Source: an uncultured bacterium
GTDB lineage: Bacteria; Verrucomicrobiota; Verrucomicrobiia; Verrucomicrobiales; DEV007
Assembly: GCA_963977015.1 (NCBI GenBank)
Contig: CAXBMO010000008.1
Location: 32,001 to 96,000, forward strand
DNA length: 64,000 bases
Reading direction: 5' to 3'
Shown: one piece after another, positions 37,279 through 47,823 of the stretch
How the letters are laid out: every line of letters starts with the position of its first letter
Numbering within the stretch: the first letter of the stretch is position 1
Program-made: the position numbers and the translations under genes
Notes under the pieces: model-generated
Seen by the model: only the letters and a program-made list of their open reading frames with translations
Databases searched by the model: none
What the model was told of the DNA's origin: nothing

Positions 37279-40062
37279 TCAGCGAAGATAGATGAATTCG
37301 TTGGAGGCGAGCAGGCTTTGACAGAGAAGCGACCATGCCCGGTGTTCTTGAGACGGATCGATGTCGGTGGCGTTGGTGAGCGCGGTGGATGTCACGTCGC
37401 GAACGAAGCCGAGGGCGCGTCTCGTTTCCGGTTCGCTCGGTTTTCGACCCAGCGTTTGGAGGTAGGCAAGCTCGATCCGTCCACTCGCGGTCGCAGCTTG
37501 GTCGAGAACGTCGGACGCGAGGCTCTCGGCCGAATCCATGACCAGATCGGCGTTCATCATGAGCAAAGCCTGGGGCGCCACCACAGTGGAGTTGCGCCGA
37601 CCGGTCGGCATCGTGGGATCCGGGTAGTCGAACTGCTCGAAGAAGGTGTAGAGGTTGTTGCGAACGATCGGCAGATACGCCGCGCGACGCAGACTGTCGT
37701 ATTTGGTGTGGTCTTCCGAGGTGTGATTGAAGACGAACTGACGATTGCGAAGCGGCACCGTTTTGCCGCCCATCGTGAGATCGAGTCGCCCTGATACGGC
37801 CAGAATCGCGTCGCGAATCGCCTCGGCTTCGAGCCGTTGAAGGTTCGCGCGCCAGAGGAGCCGGTTCTCGGGATCGATGTTGGCTGCGGCGATCGGGTTC
37901 GGGCGAGACGAGGAGACTTGGTAGGCGCTCGAAAGGAGAATCACGCGATGCAGCTCCTTGATCGACCAGCCGGATTCCATGAAGCGGTTGGCCAGCCAGT
38001 CGAGCAATGCGGGATGGGAGGGCCGGTCGCCCAGTTTGCCGAAGTTTTCGGGTGTGTTGACGATGCCCTGGCCGAAATGCCACCCCCAAACGCGATTGAC
38101 GATCACGCGAGCGGTTAGGGGGTGCTGCGGGTTGGTCATCCAGGTCGCGAGTTGGAGGCGACCGCTCTGGTCCGCGGGAATCGCGGGGTCCGAATCAGTG
38201 ATCCGCATGACTTCCGGAAAATTCCGATGCACCGGGGCGCCCAGGTTCTTGTAGCTTCCGCGAATGTGGATGGGCAGGCTGGAAACGATTTCGCCCTCGG
38301 CAACGCCCATCGCTCCGGACGGGTCCGGCGCCTTGATCTCGGCAATCCGCGCGTCTTCCAACAACCGATGATATTCCGCGAGCGTCTCAGGATCGAAGGC
38401 ATGGTCCGGCTTGGCCGGGACGGTGAGAAATCCGGAGAGGTCGTGGAGCGCGGCCCGGGCGGGTTCGAGCCGTTCATCATCAAGCGTCTTGGACTTCGGA
38501 TCTTTCTTGATCGCAGCGGCCAAGGCAGCTTTGGTGTCATCGAAGAGCGTTCCGTAATGGTTGCGAATGCCCTCGAGATCGCCGGCGGAAGCCAGTTCAT
38601 GCCACTTCGCGAAAAACGGATCGTCGCGATGAAAATCGAGATGCCGCCGAGCGTGATTGAGAATGCGCGGATGGAGCCCGAGCGGTTTCGCGATCGCCGC
38701 AACCTGGGTCAGCGGCATGCTGGTGTCGAATCCGGCCGAGGCGACGAGGTAGTCGGTCGCCTTGCTCCGGGCCTCGCCGCGAAGCTTCACGATCGTCTTG
38801 CTCTTGAAACTCGACGCCGCCTTCTTCTTCTCCGCGATTTTGGCGTCGATTTCCTTCATCGCCTCCAACTCCGCCTCGCTCGCGAAACTGTGTTCGTGCC
38901 AATGTTTGATGGCGCCGGTATTGGTGTCGCCAAGCGTCTTCGTGCTCTTGAAGATCGCGGCGAGCGCATAGTAGTCGGTCTGTTTGATGGGATCGAACTT
39001 GTGATCGTGGCACCGCACGCATCCCAACGTCATTCCGAGGAAGGCCTTGCCTAACGTGTCGAGCTGTTCATCGATGATGTCCATGTCCAGCTTCTGACGA
39101 TCCGGCTCGGCAAGGACCTTGGCGCCGAGCGAAAGAAAGCCGGTCGCGATCTTGGTCTCGAGATTCGCGTCCGGCAGGAGATCGCCGGCCAGTTGCTCGA
39201 TGAGGAAGCGGTCGAACGGTTTGTCGTGATTGAAGGAATCGATGACGTAGTCGCGATAACGCCAGGCCTGGCCATACGCCAGATTCTCGTCGAGCCCGTT
39301 GGAATCGGCATACCGCGCCACATCGAGCCAGTGCCGCCCCCAGCGCACGCCGTAGTGCGGCGAATCGAGCAGCCGATCGACCAATGTCTGCAGTGCGTCG
39401 GGCGAATCATCAGCCAGAAACGCGTCGATTTCTTCCGGAGTCGGGGGAAGACCGGTCAGGTTGAAGGTGAGGCGGCGAATCAGCGTTCGTGGATCGGCGG
39501 GAGGAGCCGGTTTCAGCCCGTTCGCTTCGAGTTTGGCGAGGACAAACGCGTCGATCGGCGTCTTCACCCAATCGGGATCGCGGACCTCCGGGGCGGGCGG
39601 ATTGGAAACCGGTTGGAAGGACCAGAACTCGCGCCCTTCCTCAAGGCTCATTCCCATCGGTGCTTCCGCGACGGCGGCTGTCGTCACTCGTGGATCGGGA
39701 GCTCCCAGCGCGACCCATTTTTCCAGAATCGCGACTTCCGCTGCGGGCAACGCGTTTGTCGGCGGCATCTGGAGATCGCGATTGTGATAGCGAATCGCCT
39801 CGATGAGCGGGCTCTCGTCCGGGTTGCCGGGAGTTACGACCGGACCGCTGTCTCCGCCCTTCACGACGCCAGCTCGGGAATCAAGGCGCAATCCCCCTTT
39901 GGTCTTGCCCTCCGCGGAATGGCAATCATAGCAGCGCTCCACCAAAACCGGCCGCACTTCCCGCTCGAAAAACTCGAGATGCGAAGGCTCGATCGAGGTT
40001 GCCCGCGCCACGCCGGTGGCTGCTAGAAAGAGGGCAAAAATCTGGAAATTCCGATAAATCAC
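37279..40062 (-). CDS. Planctomycete cytochrome c + DUF1549 + DUF1553 (PSD1) protein
   Basis: CYDCH, HWLDVARYADSNG, CVRCHDHKFDPI, ARV.VNRVW..HFG.G, EAIRD, PQAL. Confidence 0.9.
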   Translation of the reverse strand: MIYRNFQIFALFLAATGVARATSIEPSHLEFFEREVRPVLVERCYDCHSAEGKTKGGLRLDSRAGVVKGGDSGPVVTPGNPDESPLIEAIRYHNRDLQMPPTNALPAAEVAILEKWVALGAPDPRVTTAAVAEAPMGMSLEEGREFWSFQPVSNPPAPEVRDPDWVKTPIDAFVLAKLEANGLKPAPPADPRTLIRRLTFNLTGLPPTPEEIDAFLADDSPDALQTLVDRLLDSPHYGVRWGRHWLDVARYADSNGLDENLAYGQAWRYRDYVIDSFNHDKPFDRFLIEQLAGDLLPDANLETKIATGFLSLGAKVLAEPDRQKLDMDIIDEQLDTLGKAFLGMTLGCVRCHDHKFDPIKQTDYYALAAIFKSTKTLGDTNTGAIKHWHEHSFASEAELEAMKEIDAKIAEKKKAASSFKSKTIVKLRGEARSKATDYLVASAGFDTSMPLTQVAAIAKPLGLHPRILNHARRHLDFHRDDPFFAKWHELASAGDLEGIRNHYGTLFDDTKAALAAAIKKDPKSKTLDDERLEPARAALHDLSGFLTVPAKPDHAFDPETLAEYHRLLEDARIAEIKAPDPSGAMGVAEGEIVSSLPIHIRGSYKNLGAPVHRNFPEVMRITDSDPAIPADQSGRLQLATWMTNPQHPLTARVIVNRVWGWHFGQGIVNTPENFGKLGDRPSHPALLDWLANRFMESGWSIKELHRVILLSSAYQVSSSRPNPIAAANIDPENRLLWRANLQRLEAEAIRDAILAVSGRLDLTMGGKTVPLRNRQFVFNHTSEDHTKYDSLRRAAYLPIVRNNLYTFFEQFDYPDPTMPTGRRNSTVVAPQALLMMNADLVMDSAESLASDVLDQAATASGRIELAYLQTLGRKPSEPETRRALGFVRDVTSTALTNATDIDPSQEHRAWSLLCQSLLASNEFIYLR

Positions 40063-40168
40063 GACGCGCTAATCTCTTCACGGCCAAAAAGCGGGAAATC
40101 TTGCCATGGGAATCGGAGGGGGGCGAAGAAAGGAGCGTCGCGTGGAGGGAACGTTGTGTTGGTTGTTA

Positions 40169-40371
40169 GGGAGCGTTTGAAAATGATGACGGACGCGCAA
40201 GTTGTTCCTCTTTGTTGAAGATTGGCTTCGCGTGATCTTGAGATGCGGCGCTTTTCCCGACTGGAAATGCTGTTCGGGGCTTTGTGAGAAGGCTCATCGC
40301 CGCCCCGAGCCATCATTCCCAGTCGACAAAATCACTCGCAGCGCGTCTCGACCTCATTTTCAAACACCCCC
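40169..40371. mobile_element. Putative MITE (203 bp) with 18-bp terminal inverted repeats and TA flanks
   Basis: Left GGGAGCGTTTGAAAATGA; right (reverse complement) GGGGGTGTTTGAAAATGA (16/18 identical). TA at 40167-68 and 40372-73; internal hairpin. Confidence 0.7.
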
Positions 40372-40768
40372 TAGAATTCTCGATACTGAATAGATAGGTA
40401 ACGGTATGGCTATTAGATACAGTAATGACAAATTGGATGAGACATTCATCGTCGGGGCTGGGTGAGGAGAGAGGTGTTCGTTCTTACCGTTGATTGGTTG
40501 ATTACGCGTATCATGCTTGTGGTTCGACCTTTATACCGAATCTGAAGATTGTATTCGATAGGTAGCAACGTGGGATCATCGTTGTTGATCCAGGAGCGTG
40601 TCATAATTGCGACTCGCCAATAAAATAGTTGCGAAGCGAGGTGTTGATGGGTATGTTAGAATGGATGGTTGCGTGCAGGGAAACTTTGTGGCAAATTGTG
40701 GTTTTGTAAGACTGAGTCTTTTGTGTGGAAAGCCGCACCGAGATCGGCTTGAACATCACTGCGCGCGT

Positions 40769-43700
40769 ATGCAAAAACCACTTAAACCGGACAATGAACC
40801 ACTTCGGTTGGAAGCGTTACGGGAGTATAATTTGCTCGATACGCTACCTGAGCAGGCCTTGGATGACATCACTGCGCTGGCAGGCCATATCTGTGAAGCG
40901 CCGATTTCTCTCATTTCCCTGGTCGATGAAGACCGGCAATGGTTTAAGTCAAAGGTAGGGCTGGCAGCCTGCGAGACAGGCCGGGACATTTCCTTCTGTG
41001 GTCACTCCATTCTTCAAACGGAGTTGTTTGTCGTTCCGGACGCAAAGAAGGACGACCGATTCGCGGATAATCCCCTGGTGACGGGACAGCCCAAGATTCG
41101 CTTTTATGCAGGGGCGCCCCTGGTAACAGAGGATGGCCTTTCGCTTGGAACGTTATGTGTGATCGATCAGGTCCCACGGGAGTTGACTTTTTCTCAACGG
41201 GAAGCGCTCCGCATTTTGAGTCGACAGGTGATGGCCCTGTTTGAATTGCGGCGAAAATCAAAGGAGCTGGAGAACCGGGAGCAACTGTTGCGGACGATTT
41301 TCGACTCGGAACCCGAGTGTGTGAAATTGTTGGGGCCGGATGGGCGTGTGCAGATGATGAATCCCGCTGGGTTGGATATGGTGGAGGCGGAATCCTATGA
41401 TCAAGTTTCAGGGCAGTGTGTCTTTCCCCTGGTTGCAGAGAAACACCGCGCTGAGTTTGTCGCGTTGACCGAGCGGGTCTTTCAAGGGGGGACGGGGATG
41501 ATGCAATTCCAAATGACCGGGTTGAAGGGCACCCGGCGCTGGATGGAGACCCACGCGGCTCCCTTGCGGGATGAGCAAGGGAATGTCACGAGTCTACTGG
41601 CGATCACGCGTGACATCTCGGGGCGAAAGTTCTCTGAGGCGGAGTTGAAGGAGGGGAAGGCTCGTCTGCAGCTGGCACTGGATGCGGCGAAGATGGGAAA
41701 CTTTGACTGGGATTTGATCACGAACCAGCTTCGGACTTCACCTTGGTATGACGAATTGCACGGATTCAAGCCCGGTGAGTTTGATGGCTCGCTTGCGGGG
41801 GTTTTGCGCACGGTTCATCCCGACGACTTGCCTGGCATCGAGAAAGAACTGAATCGCTGTGCTGTGGCGCGAGAGCCGTTTACCTACGAATTTCGCACGG
41901 TTTGGCCTGATGGAAGCGTTCACTGGCTCGCATCCCGGGGAGAATTCACCTTCAACGAGAATAGCCAGCCGGTGCGGATGTATGGAGTGGTGCGGGATGT
42001 GACTCCGCGCCGTGAGGTTGAACGGAGTCTGCGTCACCAGCAGGCGATTTTGGAGGAAACCGGACGGATCGCCCAAGTCGGGGGGTGGGAGTTTGATCCT
42101 GCGACAGGGAAGGGAACATGGACGGATGAGGTCGCTCGAATCCACGATTTGGATCCCGTGCGGGAAGTGAACATGGAACTGGGTCTGAGTTTCTATGTGG
42201 GGGAGAGTCGCAAACGCATCGAAAAGGCGTTGGCAGAGGCTGTGGATACGGGAACGCCGTATGATCTGGAATTGGAATTGGAAACGGAGAAGGGAAACCA
42301 CAAATGGGTCCGAACGATTGGACGTCCCATTGTGGAACGAGGCAGAGTCTCCAAGGTTCGGGGTTCTTTTCAGGACATTACCGAGCGAAAGAAATCAGAA
42401 AGGGCGCTGAAAAGAGCGCACGTCGATTTGGAGCGCGCGCAGTCGATCGGCCATATGGGGAGCTGGGAGTATCGGGTAGCTGATGGTAATGTGAAGTGGT
42501 CTGACGAGCTCTATCGCATCTTCGGGCTGGAACCACGTTCCGTCGAGATCACTTACGACGGCATTCTAGAGATGGTGCATCCGGAAGACCGCGATCGCCA
42601 CAATGCTTACATGGATCGATTGATGGCCTCGAAACCCGGCGAGAGGATTGAAGGTCTTGAGTTTCGGATTCCGCAGCAGGATGGACGGATGGTCCACGTG
42701 CAGGTGGAGGTGGAAGTTCGTTTTGATCGGTCAGCATGTCCGGTTCAAATGGTGGGAACGGTGCATGACGTCACCGAGCGCAAACTGGCGGAAGTGGAGT
42801 TGAGGAGGCAGGCACAATTGTTGCGGTTGTTCGTTGAGTATTCGCCGGCTGCGATTGCGATGCTGGATAACGACATGCGCTACCTGGTGGTGAGCAACCG
42901 TTTCTGCATCGACTATGGCCTGGAGGTTCAAGACCTGACGGGGAAGAGCCACTACGAGGTCTTTCCCGAAATCACAGAGGACTGGAAAGACATCCATCGC
43001 CGGTGTTTGGCTGGTGCGGTTGAGCGATGCGATGAGGATCCATTTCCTCGGGAAGACGGGAGCGTTGATTGGGTGCGTTGGGAAGTGCGCCCCTGGGAGG
43101 AATCTTCTGGAAAGATTGGCGGGATCCTCATTTTCTCAGAAGTCATTACCAGTCGCAAAGAGGCTGAGAAGCGGATTCAGAAGAGTGAAAAGCGCTTGCG
43201 CGACCTCATCAACGGATTGGGGCCGTCGATGTTCATGGCGTTGCTGAAGCCGGATGGCAAGTTTCTGGAAGTGAGCCGATCCTGGTTGGAGGCGACAAAT
43301 CTCAAGTCCGAAGACCTTCGGGGCAAACCGATGGATCAAACCAGCCCATGGGTTCATTCTCCGGAAGCTCAGCAGAAGGCACGAGAAGCGATGGATCTGG
43401 CCGCCTCCGGAAAGAGCTCTCGATTTGATGTTCCGCTACAGATGGAGGATCGCTTGATTTATCTGGATTTCTCCATTGAGCCCGTTTTTGGGGAGAATGG
43501 GGAAGTCGTGTTTTTGGTTCCATCGGCCAATGACATTACCGAACGGAAGCTGGCAGAGAACGCCTTGAGGGACAGCGAAGAGCATTTGTCGTCGCTCATG
43601 AATTCGATTGACGGCATTGTTTGGGAGGCGGACGCAGAAACGTTTCGATTTACCTTCGTCAGTCCACGAGCCGAGCGCCTGTTGGGTTACCCGGCATCGC

Positions 43701-46417
43701 GGTGGACTGAGGAGCCGACCTTCTGGGCTGATCAAATTCACCCTGATGATCGGCACGAGACGGTAGACTACTGTGTGACCTGCACGCAGGCGAAACTGGA
43801 TCACGAGTTTGAGTATCGAATGATCGCAAAAGACGGGCGGGTGGTCTGGTTGAGAGATATCGTCACCGTCGTGGTGGAGGATGACCGGCCAGCTAGGCTG
43901 CGCGGGGTGATGGTGGATGTTACGAATCGAAAGCAGGACGAGGAAAGCATTAAGAAGCTGAACCGTACCTTTGCGGTGTTGAGCGCGATCAACCAGTTGA
44001 TCGTCAGGGAAAAAGAATCGGACAACGTATTGTCAGCAGCCTGCCGGATTGCTGTTGAAATAGGGCGTTTCCGAATGGCGTGGATCGGGATGGCAAAAGG
44101 GAAAAACGTCGAAATCGCAGCCCACGCAGGTGCGTCGGCGGATACTCTGGAAGTGCTTCACACGATTGTCGGAGGGGTGAACCGGGGAGAGGGGTGTAAG
44201 TTCACCTCCACGGCTCTGGAAACCGGTCAACCTGGAATCTGCAATGATATCGAGCACGATCCTGAGGCAGCTGGCTGGAGTGAAGCCGCATTGCAACGCG
44301 GCTATCGGGCGATGGCGGCGTTGCCTTTGATTTTCGGAGGAAAGGTGGTCGGGATCTTTAACCTCTACGCTGAGGAAGCCGGCTTTTTTGACGGGGAAGA
44401 GTTGCTCTTGCTTGATGAACTTGCTGCAGACATCTCCTTTGCGCTGGAAGTTCTTCAGCGGGAATCCGAGCGTCGCCATGCTCTCCAGGCCTTGAAGAAG
44501 AGTGAGTCCCAGTTGTCCGGAGCCCTGAAAATTGCTCGCATGAGCTATTGGGAATACGATGTCACGTCCGACAGCATCCTGGCCAACGACCATTTCTATT
44601 CCCTCTTTCATACCTCAGCCGAACGCGAAGGGGGATATTCCATGTCCTTCAACCAGTTCATCGAACGGTTCTGCCATCCGGAAGATCGTCATCTCTTTGA
44701 GCTGGAGAAACGCAAACTCCTCGAAACGACGGAACCTCACTATCGAACCGTGTTCGAACACCGGGCTCTTCATCGCGACGGAGAGATCGCCCATGTTTCG
44801 GTTTGGATCTTCGTGATGAAAGACCGGAGTGGTCGAACCGTCAGAACCTATGGCGTCAATCAGGATATCTCCGATCGCAAGCGGGCGGAAGAGGCCATCC
44901 ATCGTGGCGAACGCCGGTTTAGAGCGCTGATCGAGCACAGCGCAGACAGCATTTCGCTCATCGATCACAACAACAGGATTCTGTATGTCAGCCCGACGGT
45001 GTCAGCGGTCGAGGGCTATTCTCCAGAAGAGTTGATTGGCCGCAGTGGTTTGGAGCACACCCATCCCGACGACCTTCCGTTGGTTCAGGAGGTTGTTCAA
45101 GAGTTGCTGGAAAACCCGGGAAAACCCATCCCGGTGGAGTGGCGACGCAGCCACAAGGATGGCCATTGGCTGTGGCTGGAAGGGGTCGCGACGAATCTCC
45201 TCGACGATCCTGCGGTCGGCGCCATCGTCACCAATTACCGGGATGTAACGGCCCAGAAACAGTTGGAGGAAGAGCTGCGCCAATCGCAAAAGATGGAGGC
45301 CATCGGGCAACTGGCCGGCGGTGTCGCGCACGACTTTAACAACATCCTGACCGTCATCAACGGATGGGGATCGATCCTGATCATGGATGATGGAGGAGGT
45401 GGCTTCAATACGACGGAAGCCGCGGAGCAAATCGTGGATGCTGCGGAGCGGGCGGCAAACCTCACGCGCCAATTGCTCGCCTTCAGCCGCCGACAGGTGA
45501 TGCAGACGCGGGTTCTGGACCTGAACGAGATTGTCACGAATCTGACGAAGATGTTGCAGCGCATCGTGGGCGAAGACGTTCACCTGCAACTCAATCTCCA
45601 TTCCGCTCCCCTCGCGACGAGTGCCGATGCCGGGATGCTGGATCAAGTGCTTCTCAACCTGGTGGTCAATGCGCGCGATGCCATGCCAGACGGGGGACAG
45701 TTGATTTTGGAAACCGGAATCAGGATCATCACGGAGGAAGAAGCCGCCTCCCTTTCAGATGGCTCAGCCGGACGTTACGTCTTCCTGAGCGTGAAGGATT
45801 CGGGGACCGGCATCTCGCCGGAAAACCTGCAGCGCATCTTTGATCCGTTTTTCACGACCAAGGAACAGGGCAAGGGGACTGGGCTAGGCCTGGCGACGGT
45901 ATTTGGGATCGTCAAGCAGCATGAGGGCGTTCTGTCGGTGGAAAGTGAAGTTGGCAAGGGGACGACCTTCCGGGCGTTGTTTCCGGAAAGCTCCGACAAG
46001 GGAGAGCTGTCCAGTAGCGGCGCCGAGAAACCGCTGCCGCGGGGCGGCACGGAGACGATTTTGCTGGTTGAAGATGATACGCCGGTCCGCATTCTTTCCC
46101 GCAGCGTCTTGGAACGGGCGGGTTACAACATTTTGGAAGCGGCCGACGGTCTTGAAGCCCTCAGCGTTTGGGAAGAGCACCATGAAGATATCCAGTTGGT
46201 GTTTACGGACATCGTGATGCCGGAGGGCGTGAACGGAAGGGAATTGGCCTCCCGGTTACGCCAACGCAACCCCAATATCCCGGTCATTTTCACCAGTGGC
46301 TACAGTCCGGATATTGCCGGAAAGGAACTCACCCTGGAGGCCGGACAAAACTTCATCCAGAAGCCGGCTCCGCCAAATGACCTGTTGGAAACCATCCGGC
46401 GTTGTCTCGACGATTGA
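40769..46417 (+). CDS. Hybrid sensor histidine kinase: GAF, ~7 PAS, GAF, 2 PAS, HisKA, HATPase, REC
   Basis: IRFYAGAPL GAF; repeated PAC motifs (DITERK-like); AHDFNN; NLVVNARDAM; FFTTK..GKGTGLGL; REC (LLVEDD, TDIVMP, QKP). ATG at 40769. Confidence 0.9.
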   Translation: MQKPLKPDNEPLRLEALREYNLLDTLPEQALDDITALAGHICEAPISLISLVDEDRQWFKSKVGLAACETGRDISFCGHSILQTELFVVPDAKKDDRFADNPLVTGQPKIRFYAGAPLVTEDGLSLGTLCVIDQVPRELTFSQREALRILSRQVMALFELRRKSKELENREQLLRTIFDSEPECVKLLGPDGRVQMMNPAGLDMVEAESYDQVSGQCVFPLVAEKHRAEFVALTERVFQGGTGMMQFQMTGLKGTRRWMETHAAPLRDEQGNVTSLLAITRDISGRKFSEAELKEGKARLQLALDAAKMGNFDWDLITNQLRTSPWYDELHGFKPGEFDGSLAGVLRTVHPDDLPGIEKELNRCAVAREPFTYEFRTVWPDGSVHWLASRGEFTFNENSQPVRMYGVVRDVTPRREVERSLRHQQAILEETGRIAQVGGWEFDPATGKGTWTDEVARIHDLDPVREVNMELGLSFYVGESRKRIEKALAEAVDTGTPYDLELELETEKGNHKWVRTIGRPIVERGRVSKVRGSFQDITERKKSERALKRAHVDLERAQSIGHMGSWEYRVADGNVKWSDELYRIFGLEPRSVEITYDGILEMVHPEDRDRHNAYMDRLMASKPGERIEGLEFRIPQQDGRMVHVQVEVEVRFDRSACPVQMVGTVHDVTERKLAEVELRRQAQLLRLFVEYSPAAIAMLDNDMRYLVVSNRFCIDYGLEVQDLTGKSHYEVFPEITEDWKDIHRRCLAGAVERCDEDPFPREDGSVDWVRWEVRPWEESSGKIGGILIFSEVITSRKEAEKRIQKSEKRLRDLINGLGPSMFMALLKPDGKFLEVSRSWLEATNLKSEDLRGKPMDQTSPWVHSPEAQQKAREAMDLAASGKSSRFDVPLQMEDRLIYLDFSIEPVFGENGEVVFLVPSANDITERKLAENALRDSEEHLSSLMNSIDGIVWEADAETFRFTFVSPRAERLLGYPASRWTEEPTFWADQIHPDDRHETVDYCVTCTQAKLDHEFEYRMIAKDGRVVWLRDIVTVVVEDDRPARLRGVMVDVTNRKQDEESIKKLNRTFAVLSAINQLIVREKESDNVLSAACRIAVEIGRFRMAWIGMAKGKNVEIAAHAGASADTLEVLHTIVGGVNRGEGCKFTSTALETGQPGICNDIEHDPEAAGWSEAALQRGYRAMAALPLIFGGKVVGIFNLYAEEAGFFDGEELLLLDELAADISFALEVLQRESERRHALQALKKSESQLSGALKIARMSYWEYDVTSDSILANDHFYSLFHTSAEREGGYSMSFNQFIERFCHPEDRHLFELEKRKLLETTEPHYRTVFEHRALHRDGEIAHVSVWIFVMKDRSGRTVRTYGVNQDISDRKRAEEAIHRGERRFRALIEHSADSISLIDHNNRILYVSPTVSAVEGYSPEELIGRSGLEHTHPDDLPLVQEVVQELLENPGKPIPVEWRRSHKDGHWLWLEGVATNLLDDPAVGAIVTNYRDVTAQKQLEEELRQSQKMEAIGQLAGGVAHDFNNILTVINGWGSILIMDDGGGGFNTTEAAEQIVDAAERAANLTRQLLAFSRRQVMQTRVLDLNEIVTNLTKMLQRIVGEDVHLQLNLHSAPLATSADAGMLDQVLLNLVVNARDAMPDGGQLILETGIRIITEEEAASLSDGSAGRYVFLSVKDSGTGISPENLQRIFDPFFTTKEQGKGTGLGLATVFGIVKQHEGVLSVESEVGKGTTFRALFPESSDKGELSSSGAEKPLPRGGTETILLVEDDTPVRILSRSVLERAGYNILEAADGLEALSVWEEHHEDIQLVFTDIVMPEGVNGRELASRLRQRNPNIPVIFTSGYSPDIAGKELTLEAGQNFIQKPAPPNDLLETIRRCLDD

Positions 46418-46579
46418 GCCACGTTCCGTGAAAGGGGAACGCGCCTTCCGAATTGGGGAGGCGTGGATCACGCGGCACAAAATTTCGAGACTTTGCACTC
46501 AACCGGGGAGATGTTTCGTCTCCGTAGTCGTGAACCACCCACTTTGTCCCAATCCGGCTGAAACCGCTGACCTGTAAAA

Positions 46580-47080
46580 ATGGCGTTTCGTTTGCCATTC
46601 CGAAATTCGGAACACCTTGAGACCCGGGAATTGCTTCAGGTCGGCTATCGCTACGCCTTTTCGCTGACGAATCATCAGGCGGACGCGGAGGACCTCGTGC
46701 AGCAGGCCGCGCTCAAGTTGCAACGAGCCTATGGCGGGATCAAGGGCAAGAGCCTCCTCTTCAAAACGATTCGCAATCTGTTTTACGACCAGTTGCGCCG
46801 ATCGCGCATTGTTCGGTTTGAGTCGATCGACGAGGTGCCCGAACCATCCTTCATCTCCGAAAGTGGAACTCAGGTCGATTTGGACGCGTTGCTCGGACGC
46901 TTGAATGACACGGAGCGGGAAATCATTTATCTTCACTATGTCGAGGGCCATACCGCGGCGGAAATCGGGGAGTTGCTCGAACGCAGCCGCAACACGGTTC
47001 TCAGCCAAATTCGACGAACCCGGGAAAAACTTCAGAAGTTCGTCGAGCCCGATTCCAACGACCAAACATCTGCCTTATGA
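46580..47080 (+). CDS. ECF RNA polymerase sigma factor
   Basis: DAEDLVQQA region 2; EIGELL...NTV.SQI.R region 4. Confidence 0.85.
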   Translation: MAFRLPFRNSEHLETRELLQVGYRYAFSLTNHQADAEDLVQQAALKLQRAYGGIKGKSLLFKTIRNLFYDQLRRSRIVRFESIDEVPEPSFISESGTQVDLDALLGRLNDTEREIIYLHYVEGHTAAEIGELLERSRNTVLSQIRRTREKLQKFVEPDSNDQTSAL

Positions 47081-47661
47081 ACGCCCCTCTCGAAGACCAG
47101 ATTCGCGAATACTATCAATCTCAAAGCCTGAGCGAAGATTCCCTGAAGCGCATTGAGACGGCTCTGGAAGAGGTGCGCCCGGAAACCCGGCGGAGGACCT
47201 CCCGTTTCCAGCGTCCAGCGATGATTGCCGCCGCGGCGGTGTTGGTTTTGGGAGTGTTTGTCGGTGGAGCTCAAATCCGGAAGGAGATGGATACCCGCCG
47301 GGTGGTTGTCGAAATCGCGCAAAGTCATCGCAAAGCCCTGAAACCCGAGTTCCAGATTTCCGCGATTCCCGAACTTCAGGCAGTGATGGATCGCCTTGAT
47401 TTCTCGCTGCTGCCGGTCGCGGATACGCTGTCGGAACGGTTTGAGATTTCAGGCGCCCGCTACTGTTCGGTCGGGGGGCAGCTCGCGGCGCAGCTTCGCG
47501 TTCGGGAACGGAAAAATCAAACCCCGGCAACGCTCTACGTCGCCTCGCTTACGCCAAAGCTGAATCGCACGCGCCCTTGCGCGACCTGTCTCGGCGACGT
47601 CACGGTTGAACTTTGGGATGACGGCGCCCGCTACTACGGGCTGGCCTGGAATTCGAAGTAG
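47077..47661 (+). CDS. Putative membrane anti-sigma factor
   Basis: ATGA overlap with the sigma gene; single TM; GARYCSV motif. Confidence 0.6.
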   Translation: MNAPLEDQIREYYQSQSLSEDSLKRIETALEEVRPETRRRTSRFQRPAMIAAAAVLVLGVFVGGAQIRKEMDTRRVVVEIAQSHRKALKPEFQISAIPELQAVMDRLDFSLLPVADTLSERFEISGARYCSVGGQLAAQLRVRERKNQTPATLYVASLTPKLNRTRPCATCLGDVTVELWDDGARYYGLAWNSK

Positions 47662-47760
47662 GTCGATGAGAGCCCTCATCATTGGCGATGGGTTTCACCA
47701 CCACTGCTCTCTGCCGGCTGGCTTCAGCTCGATCGAATTGGTGTACTATTTTAGCCAACC

Positions 47761-47795
47761 ATAGAAATGGCCGGGGGCTCATCACCTCCCGGCCA
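47761..47795 (-). terminator. Intrinsic terminator of the efflux operon
   Basis: TGGCCGGG...CCCGGCCA stem followed on the minus strand by TTTCTAT, just past the stop at 47824. Confidence 0.55.
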
Positions 47796-47823
47796 GTTCC
47801 AAGCGATCGATGTTGAACGTCAG

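Noticed and set aside
35934-37295. 453-aa + strand ORF, and similar long antisense ORFs at 20831-22114, 56779-58239 and 59596-61071
   Set aside because: They overlap well-supported genes on the opposite strand and show no domain signatures.
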